This document shows positions 17,575 through 25,706 of a stretch of DNA of 64,000 bases, piece after piece. The first letter of the stretch is position 1. Each line of letters starts with the position of its first letter. This DNA comes from Gemmatimonadota bacterium (GTDB taxonomy: Bacteria > Gemmatimonadota > Gemmatimonadetes > Gemmatimonadales > Gemmatimonadaceae), in assembly GCA_036676795.1 (NCBI GenBank), contig JAKFCC010000121.1:28813-92812 (forward strand), given 5' to 3'. The translations under genes were made by a program, and so were the position numbers. A model generated the notes under the pieces. That model made no database searches. It was not told the DNA's origin and saw nothing but the letters and a program-made list of their open reading frames with translations.

Positions 17575-19710
17575 TTGCGCCAGGTCCTTGTAGCTCAGGG
17601 AAAAGTTTCCGTTCACGAGGTCCCTGCACCGGTGGTCGAGCCGGGCACGGTGCTGGTGCGGGTAACGCATTCCTGCATTTCCATTGGAACAGAATTGAGC
17701 GGCGTACGGGCGAGCGCGCTGCCGCTCTGGAAGCGTGCGATGCGCCAGCCGGAAAAGGTGAAGTCGGTCTTGCGCGATGTGCGCTCGAATGGTCTCAGGC
17801 AAACCTGGGAAAAGATCGAAACCACAATCGCTGTGCCGCAGCCAACCGGATATTCAGCAGTTGGTACTGTCCTCGAGGTTGGCGAAGGAATCATTGATCT
17901 GGTTCCGGGCGAACGCGTTGGATGCGCGGGCGCCCAGTTTGCGCACCATGCCGATGTCATCCGCGTTCCGCGCAATCTTGTCGTTCCGGTTCCCGAGTCC
18001 GTTTCGGACGAGGAAGCCAGCACCCTGACACTTGGTGCCATCGCGATGCAGGGAGTCCGGCGCGCCACTCCCACACTTGGAGAGAATTTCGTCGTCGTTG
18101 GGCTTGGTGTGCTCGGGCAGCTTACCGCGCAGCTGCTTGCTGCGAACGGATGCCGGGCGATTGGTATGGATGTGGACCGTACGCGAGTGGATCGGGCGCT
18201 GGAACTTGGCATGTACGCGGGTGTTCACCACGACGACGGGGATGTGTCGGAACAGGTCGCGCGCGTGACGGACGGACTGGGTGCGGATGGTGTAATCATT
18301 ACTGCCGCTACACCATCGAGTGAGCTGGTGTCGCTTGCATTCAGAATGTGCCGCAAGAAGGGCCGGGTGGTTATCGTCGGCGACGTGGGGCTGGACCTGA
18401 ATCGAGCCGACTTCTACGCCAAGGAGATCGATCTTCTTATCTCCAGTTCTTATGGACCCGGACGATACGATCGAGCATACGAAGAGCGTGGTCTCGATTA
18501 TCCCGCAGCATATGTGCGATGGACCGAGAACAGGAATCTTGGCGAGTATCTTCGCCTGTTGGCCGACGGAAAGATCGAGGTGAAGCCGCTCATCTCCTCG
18601 AAATACAGCATCCACGACGCAGAGAAGGCATACTCGGATTTGCAGAGCGCACCCAGCGCCCGGATGATCGTTCTCCTTGAGTATCCGGAAAGTGGCCGCG
18701 AGAAGATGCGAGTCATTGAGAATCCGCGCGCTTCAGGAAAGTCGCGCAGTGGAAAAGTGCGCGTAGGTCTGATCGGCGCGGGAGGGTTCGCGAAGGCCGT
18801 GCACCTGCCCAACATGCGGGCTCTGTCGGACCTGTTCGAGCTGCATGCTGTCTCGAGCCGCACTGGCCACAACGCGATGGCAACAGGAAACGCGTTTGGC
18901 GCGCGGTATTCCACAACTGAAGACCAGCGGATCATCGAAGATGCCGACATAGACGCCGTGATCATTGCGACGCGGCACGACCAGCATGCCCGGCTTACGC
19001 TTGCCGCGCTCGAGGCGGGCAAGCATGTGCTGTGCGAGAAGCCGCTGGGGCTGTCGAAGGCGGAGATCGATCCCATCGAAAAATTCTATGCAGGCAGCGG
19101 GGGTGCCGCTGTTCCGATACTGCTGACGGGATTCAACCGCCGGTTTTCTGTTTATGGACGGGCGCTGTCAGCCCTGATGGCAGCGCGCACCAGTCCCGCG
19201 ATTTTGCAGTACCGCATGAACGCCGGCCGGGTTCCCGCAGACAGCTGGCTGCACTCCGCGGAAGGTGGCGGCCGCAACATTGGCGAGGCGTCGCATATCT
19301 ATGATTTCTTCACTTTCCTTACCGGATCGCGAGTCAGGGATGTGTCAGCGATAAGCGTCAGGGCGGGAGAGGGCCACTATCGCAGCGACGACAACTTTAC
19401 CGCCACAATGTCTTTTGAGGACGGCTCGGTTGCGACGCTCGCGTACACGTCGATGGGAGCGAGCGAATATCCCAAGGAATCCCTGGACGTCTTCTTTGAC
19501 GGAAAGGTGGCAACGCTGACCGATTACAGGAACCTGTCGGTGGCCGGGACCAGATTCAGTCCCATCACTACTCCAGGTTCGAACAAGGGGCAGCGAGAGG
19601 AGCTGGAAGCCTTCGGCCGTGCAATTCGGGATGGAGGAGAGTGGCCGAGCCCGCTTTGGCAGCAACTCCAGGCAATGGACATAGCCTTTCAGGTTCAGGA
19701 CTCCCTCTAG
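17575..19710 (+). CDS. Bi-domain oxidoreductase: zinc-type medium-chain dehydrogenase (MDR) domain fused to a Gfo/Idh/MocA oxidoreductase domain
   Basis: N-terminal VPAPVVEPGTVLVRVTHSCISIGTE and VVVGLGVLGQL. C-terminal VRVGLIGAGGFAKAVHLPNM plus the EKP motif GKHVLCEKPLGLS. TTG start after the AT-rich gap. Confidence 0.8.
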   Translation: MRQVLVAQGKVSVHEVPAPVVEPGTVLVRVTHSCISIGTELSGVRASALPLWKRAMRQPEKVKSVLRDVRSNGLRQTWEKIETTIAVPQPTGYSAVGTVLEVGEGIIDLVPGERVGCAGAQFAHHADVIRVPRNLVVPVPESVSDEEASTLTLGAIAMQGVRRATPTLGENFVVVGLGVLGQLTAQLLAANGCRAIGMDVDRTRVDRALELGMYAGVHHDDGDVSEQVARVTDGLGADGVIITAATPSSELVSLAFRMCRKKGRVVIVGDVGLDLNRADFYAKEIDLLISSSYGPGRYDRAYEERGLDYPAAYVRWTENRNLGEYLRLLADGKIEVKPLISSKYSIHDAEKAYSDLQSAPSARMIVLLEYPESGREKMRVIENPRASGKSRSGKVRVGLIGAGGFAKAVHLPNMRALSDLFELHAVSSRTGHNAMATGNAFGARYSTTEDQRIIEDADIDAVIIATRHDQHARLTLAALEAGKHVLCEKPLGLSKAEIDPIEKFYAGSGGAAVPILLTGFNRRFSVYGRALSALMAARTSPAILQYRMNAGRVPADSWLHSAEGGGRNIGEASHIYDFFTFLTGSRVRDVSAISVRAGEGHYRSDDNFTATMSFEDGSVATLAYTSMGASEYPKESLDVFFDGKVATLTDYRNLSVAGTRFSPITTPGSNKGQREELEAFGRAIRDGGEWPSPLWQQLQAMDIAFQVQDSL

Positions 19711-19746
19711 GGAGTCTGTTCCGGCATCTGGTCACCTGCAGTGACC
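19699..19746 (+). other. Two short hairpins at the oxidoreductase/methyltransferase junction
   Basis: GACTCCC-TCTA-GGGAGTC (19699-19716) spans the TAG stop. GGTCAC-CTGCA-GTGACC lies at 19730-19746. Neither is followed by a T-tract. Confidence 0.35.
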
Positions 19747-19806
19747 TTGTGGACATGGCTGCAGGGTGACCGAAGTCGGTCTCCCCTTTAGATTTACAGC
19801 TTCTGG

Positions 19807-20640
19807 ATGGGTGGGGTTTACCATCGAGTTCAGCCAACGTCCGAGGAGCTTATTTCAGCAAAAACAGACAGCGCCACTGTTCGCCTTAATGACGAGGTGC
19901 GTGAGTTCTGGGAACGTGAGCCGTGTGGTACCGGAACCGAGATCGTGGAAGATCTCGAGCCGCTCACGCGCGACTGGTTCGAGCAGGTGGAAAGCCATCG
20001 CTACAGGGTCGAGCCGTTCATCCACTCGATCGCGCAGTTCACCAGATATCACGGGAAGAAAGTCCTCGAGGTCGGCGTGGGGGCCGGGACTGACCACCTG
20101 CAGTGGAAACGCGCGGGCGCAGATCTTTACGGCGTCGATCTCACACAGGCCGCCATCGACACAACCCGCGCACGTTTTGCTGCCTATGGGTTCGAGGCTC
20201 GGGTTGAGCGAACCGACGCTGAAAAGCTGCCATTCGATTCGGACTCCTTCGACGTCGTTTACTCGTGGGGAGTCATTCACCACTCGGAGCGTCCCGATCT
20301 CATTCTCGACGAAGTGAAGCGCGTGCTCAAGCCTGGCGGTGTGTTCATCGGCATGCTGTACGGACGGCGGTCGCCTGTGGTCGTGAAGATGTGGATCCGA
20401 CATGCGCTCCTGAAGGGCAAGCCGTGGCGTTCGGGTGCCGACGTCATATGGAATCACATGGAGAGCATTGGAACCAAGTCGTACACGCATGGCGAGCTGC
20501 GCTCTCTCCTGTCAATGTTCTCGAATGTCGAACTGATTCCGGTGATCACGACTTACGACACGGCTCGCATTCCACGATTCATCAGCCGGTTCTTTCCGGA
20601 CTCGTGGGGATGGTTCGTCGGAATCCGAGCGACGAAGTAA
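19807..20640 (+). CDS. Class I SAM-dependent methyltransferase
   Basis: VLEVGVGAGTDHLQW...SFDVVYSWGVIHHSERPDLILDEVKRVLKPGGVFIGMLY. Confidence 0.8.
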   Translation: MGGVYHRVQPTSEELISAKTDSATVRLNDEVREFWEREPCGTGTEIVEDLEPLTRDWFEQVESHRYRVEPFIHSIAQFTRYHGKKVLEVGVGAGTDHLQWKRAGADLYGVDLTQAAIDTTRARFAAYGFEARVERTDAEKLPFDSDSFDVVYSWGVIHHSERPDLILDEVKRVLKPGGVFIGMLYGRRSPVVVKMWIRHALLKGKPWRSGADVIWNHMESIGTKSYTHGELRSLLSMFSNVELIPVITTYDTARIPRFISRFFPDSWGWFVGIRATK

Positions 20641-22539
20641 ATGTGCGGAATCACGGGAGCGCTCCGCTTCGACGGGAGCTCTTTCCGAATTACTCCATCG
20701 TACATCGAGGCGATGCGCGATGCGATGCCTCACAGGGGCCCTGACGGAGTTGGCACCTGGATTTCGCCCGAGGGTGATGTAGGACTGGGCTTTCGCAGAC
20801 TTGCCATCATCGATCTTTCCGAGGCGGCCAATCAGCCGCTGTCAAATGAAGATGGCACCCTGTGGATTGTCTTCAACGGGGAGATCTACAACCACGCCGA
20901 GCTTCGCGAGGAGCTTTCCCGCTCCGGCCGGCATACATGGAAAACCGATCACTCCGACTCGGAGATGATACTCCACGCCTTCGAGGAGTGGGGCATCGGC
21001 TGCCTCGACCGCTTTCGCGGGATGTTCGGAATCGGATTGTGGGATGTTCGCCGCCGCGAGATGTGGCTGATTCGCGATCGCATGGGCGTGAAGCCTGTTT
21101 ACTACAGCACCAATGCCGGACGCCTGACCTTTGCATCCGAGATAAAAGCGCTCCTCAAGGATCCGGATCAGAAACGCGAGGTCAATGAAGATGCGCTCTA
21201 TCATTACCTCTCGTTCCTGACCACGCCCGCGCCTGATACCCTGTTTGCCGGAATTCACAAGCTTCCCGCAGGCTGCTGGATGCGCGCTACACCGGACGGC
21301 CGGACGGAAGTGCATCGCTACTGGGATCCATGGGATCATGTCGATCCGCTGGTCGGGGAAAGCGAAGCATCTGTATGTGAGAGAGTCCTCGCCGAGCTGC
21401 GAACCGCCGTCAAATATCGAAAGGTGAGCGATGTCCCCGTCGGCGTGTTTCTTTCCGGCGGCGTCGATTCCAGCACCAACGCCGCGCTCTTTTCTGAAGG
21501 CGAGGAAGGAGTCGTCAAGACTTTTACCATCGGGTACCGCGGCGGCGATCACACCTACCAGAACGAAACAGCCTACGCGCGGCGCATGGCTGACCTCGTT
21601 GCGAGTGATCACCACGAAAGAATCCTCGACGTCGACGACCTGCTCGCATTTCTGCCTGAAATGGTGCGGCTGCAGGACGAGCCGATTGCCGATCCCGTAT
21701 GTGTGCCTGTTTACTATGTGTCCAAGCTCGCGCGCGACAACGGCGTCATTGTGTGCCAGGTGGGCGAAGGCGCCGACGAGCTCTTCTACGGGTATCCCGG
21801 ATGGAGAGATTCACTTGCGATGCAGCGGTACGATCGCCTTCCAGTGCCGAAGTTCGCGAGGAAGCTTGGTCTGGCCGCGATGCGAGGCGTGGGTAAAGGG
21901 GGCAGCTGGCCCTACGAGTGGATTCGCCGTGGTGTCGAAGACCAGCCCATTTTCTGGAGCGGCGCCGAAGCATTTACCCACGCTGAGAAAATCCAGCTGA
22001 TGTCACCCCGGCTGCGAAAGGCAAACGCAGGGCGTTCCTCGTGGGAAGTGCTCAAGCCCATTCGTGAGCGGTTCGAGGCCAAGGCATGGGAGAAGTCTGA
22101 CCTCAACTGGATGACATACTCGGACCTGAACCTGCGGCTCCCTGAGCTGCTGCTGATGCGCGTTGACAAGATGAGCATGGGGGTGAGCCTCGAGGGCCGG
22201 GTTCCTTTTCTTGACCACAAGCTCGTCGAGCTGGCCCTGTCCATTCCGTCCGAAATGAAGACGCGTGGCAAGACGCTGAAGCCGCTCCTGAAGAAAGCCG
22301 TGCGCGGGATCGTGCCGGATGACCTGATTGACAGACCGAAGCAGGGATTTGGAATTCCGGTGTACGAGTGGTTCTCGGAGGAACTGGGCGCGCGGGCGCG
22401 CAGGGAGGTACTGGAGTTCGCGCACGCCACCGATTTTCTGGACCCCGCCGGCGTGCAGAAGCTTCTCGACAGCGGACGTGCTCCACAGATCTGGTACCTG
22501 TTCAACCTCGCGCTCTGGTGGAAGGAATACATCCAGTGA
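20641..22539 (+). CDS. Asparagine synthase (glutamine-hydrolysing)-family amidotransferase, paralogue 2
   Basis: MCGITGALRF N-terminus directly abutting the upstream stop. PP-loop VGVFLSGGVDSSTNA. Confidence 0.85.
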   Translation: MCGITGALRFDGSSFRITPSYIEAMRDAMPHRGPDGVGTWISPEGDVGLGFRRLAIIDLSEAANQPLSNEDGTLWIVFNGEIYNHAELREELSRSGRHTWKTDHSDSEMILHAFEEWGIGCLDRFRGMFGIGLWDVRRREMWLIRDRMGVKPVYYSTNAGRLTFASEIKALLKDPDQKREVNEDALYHYLSFLTTPAPDTLFAGIHKLPAGCWMRATPDGRTEVHRYWDPWDHVDPLVGESEASVCERVLAELRTAVKYRKVSDVPVGVFLSGGVDSSTNAALFSEGEEGVVKTFTIGYRGGDHTYQNETAYARRMADLVASDHHERILDVDDLLAFLPEMVRLQDEPIADPVCVPVYYVSKLARDNGVIVCQVGEGADELFYGYPGWRDSLAMQRYDRLPVPKFARKLGLAAMRGVGKGGSWPYEWIRRGVEDQPIFWSGAEAFTHAEKIQLMSPRLRKANAGRSSWEVLKPIRERFEAKAWEKSDLNWMTYSDLNLRLPELLLMRVDKMSMGVSLEGRVPFLDHKLVELALSIPSEMKTRGKTLKPLLKKAVRGIVPDDLIDRPKQGFGIPVYEWFSEELGARARREVLEFAHATDFLDPAGVQKLLDSGRAPQIWYLFNLALWWKEYIQ

Positions 22540-23558
22540 GCCGCGATCTGTTTCAGCACGACCCCGAGGTTGGGTTCCGGTTCACTCCGAATGTGCGCAC
22601 GCGCGTATCTCACGAAGCGGGTGGATACCTTGTACAAACCAACGCACAGGGATTCCGTTCCGCGCATGATTTTGGTTCTCCTCCGCGACCCGGAAAACGT
22701 CGCGTCTTCATTTTTGGGGATTCCTACACGGCGGGTGACGGAGTGAGCAATGGTGCGCGCTACTCGGATATCCTCGAGCGCAGACTTGGCTCCACGGAGG
22801 TTTTCAATTTCGGTCTCCCGGGAACCGGAACCGATCAGCACTACCTGGTGTGGAAGAAGTACGCGCAAAATCTTCCCCACGACGTCGTCGTAATCGCCGT
22901 TCAGGTCGAGAACATTCGCAGGGTTGCAGCGCATTATCGCGAGTTCAAGTCAGCAGACGGCAGCACCTACCTGCTTGCGAAGCCGTTCTTTACGCTGGAC
23001 GCCGAAGGGCAGCTGCAGCTGGGCGGTGTTCCTGTGTCGGGTGAGCGGGTCAATCCGGACCTCGCAGGTGAAGGCGCGCTCGCCAACGTCGACAGGGGCG
23101 GGGATTGGCACCTGCTGCGCAAGGCGGTCGAGGCCGTGGGCCCCGCCGCGAAACGGGCCATTCAGAAAATCGTCAAGGTTGATCCGCTGCCAGCGTATGC
23201 TTCGGCAGAAACGCGCGAGTGGAAGGTGATGCGCGCCATTCTTCTCACGTGGATCGGTGAGATCCGGACTCCGGTGATCCTGATGCCGCTGCCACTCTAT
23301 CACTACGTAGAGGACCTGGCGGATCCGGCGAATTATCGGGCCCGCTTTTCCGAGATAGAACGGGACGCGCGAACCGCCACTGGCGCACGCATCAAGCTGC
23401 ACGACCCGCTCCGAACCATAAGTTCGCTGCGCATGGAGGCGCGTCGCGCTTTCCGGTTTTCGAACGATCCGCACCCGACAGAGCTTGCACACCATTTTTA
23501 CGCGGATTCGCTTGCGCCGCACATCGAGCAGGTTCTCTCAGTCGCGGCGGCATCCTGA
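22536..23558 (+). CDS. SGNH/GDSL-family hydrolase (esterase or acyl-transfer helper)
   Basis: Block I RVFIFGDSYTAGDGV. GTG 22536 overlaps the upstream TGA (GTGA). No signal-peptide-like N-terminus. Confidence 0.6.
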   Translation: MSRDLFQHDPEVGFRFTPNVRTRVSHEAGGYLVQTNAQGFRSAHDFGSPPRPGKRRVFIFGDSYTAGDGVSNGARYSDILERRLGSTEVFNFGLPGTGTDQHYLVWKKYAQNLPHDVVVIAVQVENIRRVAAHYREFKSADGSTYLLAKPFFTLDAEGQLQLGGVPVSGERVNPDLAGEGALANVDRGGDWHLLRKAVEAVGPAAKRAIQKIVKVDPLPAYASAETREWKVMRAILLTWIGEIRTPVILMPLPLYHYVEDLADPANYRARFSEIERDARTATGARIKLHDPLRTISSLRMEARRAFRFSNDPHPTELAHHFYADSLAPHIEQVLSVAAAS

Positions 23559-25387
23559 CATACGTTCTCGGGATTTCGGCATTCTACCATGATTCAGCCG
23601 CGGCCCTCGTAAAGGACGGTGAGATAATCGCCGCTGCACAGGAGGAAAGATTTTCGCGGAAGAAGCACGATCCGCGTTTCCCTCGTGCCGCGATCGACTA
23701 CTGTCTTGGCGAAGCTTTCATTGAACCGAAGGATCTCGGCGCCGTTGCTTTTTATGACAACCCGGTGCTCACGCTCGACCGCGTTGTCCGTTCACTTGCT
23801 TCGGTTGCGCCGGCAGGCGGCGATCAGTGGCTGGATGGAGCACCGGGCTTGTTTGCCGACAAGCTGCGCGTAAGTGATCATGTCCGTGCAGTGCTCGGCC
23901 TCGACCTGCCGGTGCTGTACACCGAGCACCACGCGGCGCACGGAGCTTCCGCATTTTTCCCGTCTCCGTTCCAGGATGCAGCCGTGGTGACGATAGATGG
24001 TGTAGGGGAATGGGCCACCACTACGCTGGGACGCGGCACTGGCGAGAAGCTCGAAATCCTGAAGCAGATCGACTACCCGCATTCACTCGGCCTGCTCTAT
24101 TCCGCATTCACCGCGTTCTGCGGCTTCAAGGTAAACTCGGGCGAATACAAGCTGATGGGGCTGGCTCCATACGGGACTCCGCGCTTTGCAGGAGTTATTC
24201 GCGATGAGGTCATCGATCTGCGGGATGACGGCTCCTATCGCCTCAACATGAACTGCTTCGGTTATCTCGACTCGCTGCGAATGACCAATGCGCGCTTCGA
24301 GGAGCTGTTCGAAGGTCCCGCGCGAGCTCCGGAGTCCCGGATAACGCGTCGCGAGATGGATATTGCGGCCTCGATACAAACCGTTCTCGAGGACGCGGTG
24401 CTAAGGATTTGCGGGCATGCATGCGACATTGCAGGATCACGCAATCTCGCGTTTGCGGGGGGAGTTGCCCTCAATGCCGTTGCGAATGGCAAACTGCTGA
24501 AGAGCGGCGCTTTCGACGGACTTTGGATTCAGCCGGCGGCAGGGGATGCAGGCGGTGCGCTTGGCGCGGCCCTGCTCGTGTCGCACGCGCGTTTCCGCGG
24601 AAGACGAACGCATTTGGGGACGGGCACGGATGCTCAGAAGGGAAGTCTCCTCGGCCCGGCGTATTCGTCCGACGAGATCCGCTCATTTCTGGACAGGAAT
24701 CGCTATCCGTACCAGCGGGTGGACGGCAGCGAGCGTGCTCGCATTGTTGCCGCTGCCCTGGCAGATGGCATGGTCGTCGGACTTGCGTCGGGTAGGATGG
24801 AGTTCGGTCCCCGTTCCCTGGGCGCCCGTTCAATTCTGGGAGATCCACGAAATCCCGAGATGCAGTCGCGGATGAACCTGAAGATCAAGTTTCGCGAGTC
24901 TTTCCGGCCATTCGCCCCGGCAGTCATCGCCGAGAAGGCCAGGGATTATTTCGAGATCGATGGCCCCAGTCCATACATGCTGCTGGTCGTTCCAGTCCGC
25001 GAATCCCTGCGTACGGATGTGGACGCTGCGAGCTTCACCGGCGCCGGGGATGACATGCTGGAGACGATACGCAAACCAAGGAGCAGCATTCCGGCGGTTA
25101 CGCATGTCGATTACAGCGCCAGGCTGCAGACGGTAGGTGAGGAAGCCGAACCTGCATTTCGCGAAATCCTGGAGGCGTTTGACGATCTCACCGGATGCAG
25201 CGTACTAGTGAACACATCGTTCAACGTCCGCGGGGAACCTATCGTGTGCCGGCCAAGCGATGCATATCGCTGCTTCCAGCGCACGGGAATGGATATGCTT
25301 GTTCTCGGCGACTGCATTCTCTACAAGAAGGATCAGCCGGCCCCGCCTGAAGGGGATGACTGGAAGGACGAGTATGAGCTTGACTGA
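23555..25387 (+). CDS. Carbamoyltransferase (NodU/CmcH family), apparent non-canonical CTG start
   Basis: From 23558 the frame reads TYVLGISAFYHDSAAALVKDGEIIAAAQEERFSRKKHDPRFP, the conserved family N-terminus. The first ATG/GTG/TTG in frame is GTG 23765, which is the track start. CTG 23555 overlaps the upstream TGA. Confidence 0.75.
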   Translation: MTYVLGISAFYHDSAAALVKDGEIIAAAQEERFSRKKHDPRFPRAAIDYCLGEAFIEPKDLGAVAFYDNPVLTLDRVVRSLASVAPAGGDQWLDGAPGLFADKLRVSDHVRAVLGLDLPVLYTEHHAAHGASAFFPSPFQDAAVVTIDGVGEWATTTLGRGTGEKLEILKQIDYPHSLGLLYSAFTAFCGFKVNSGEYKLMGLAPYGTPRFAGVIRDEVIDLRDDGSYRLNMNCFGYLDSLRMTNARFEELFEGPARAPESRITRREMDIAASIQTVLEDAVLRICGHACDIAGSRNLAFAGGVALNAVANGKLLKSGAFDGLWIQPAAGDAGGALGAALLVSHARFRGRRTHLGTGTDAQKGSLLGPAYSSDEIRSFLDRNRYPYQRVDGSERARIVAAALADGMVVGLASGRMEFGPRSLGARSILGDPRNPEMQSRMNLKIKFRESFRPFAPAVIAEKARDYFEIDGPSPYMLLVVPVRESLRTDVDAASFTGAGDDMLETIRKPRSSIPAVTHVDYSARLQTVGEEAEPAFREILEAFDDLTGCSVLVNTSFNVRGEPIVCRPSDAYRCFQRTGMDMLVLGDCILYKKDQPAPPEGDDWKDEYELD

Positions 25388-25706
25388 TTCGCGGCTTCCG
25401 CCTGAAAAGGTGTCTGCATTCTTCTCGCTGCTCGAACAGGCGGCGGAAAAGGATGGTCGCGCCCACTTCCCGGTTGCTCCTGACAGGGCGATCGCGTCCT
25501 ACTATATAAACAGGGCCGCGGACAGCGAATCCTGCATTTCGGAATTCGATGGATCCGCGCTCGCAAGCCTGCTCAGGGCGCGATGGGCTGACCGCCCGGA
25601 ACTGCTTGAGCTGATCCCTGCACTGGTGGACCTGCGGGAATCGGTGATCCCGGCCGCCAAGGATGACGACGGCGACATTTCACCCTTTATCTACGAGATG
25701 TTTTGA
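25374..25706 (+). CDS. Small acidic hypothetical protein (110 aa)
   Basis: Fills the otherwise 315-bp gap exactly. 14-nt overlap with the carbamoyltransferase and a TTGA overlap with the next gene. No family recognised; ends ...DISPFIYEMF. Confidence 0.5.
   Translation: MSLTDSRLPPEKVSAFFSLLEQAAEKDGRAHFPVAPDRAIASYYINRAADSESCISEFDGSALASLLRARWADRPELLELIPALVDLRESVIPAAKDDDGDISPFIYEMF

Noticed and set aside
23555-25387. Carbamoyltransferase as a pseudogene
   Set aside because: Apart from the missing canonical start, the frame is uninterrupted for ~610 codons and family motifs are retained throughout. A non-canonical start or a sequencing error is more parsimonious than gene decay.
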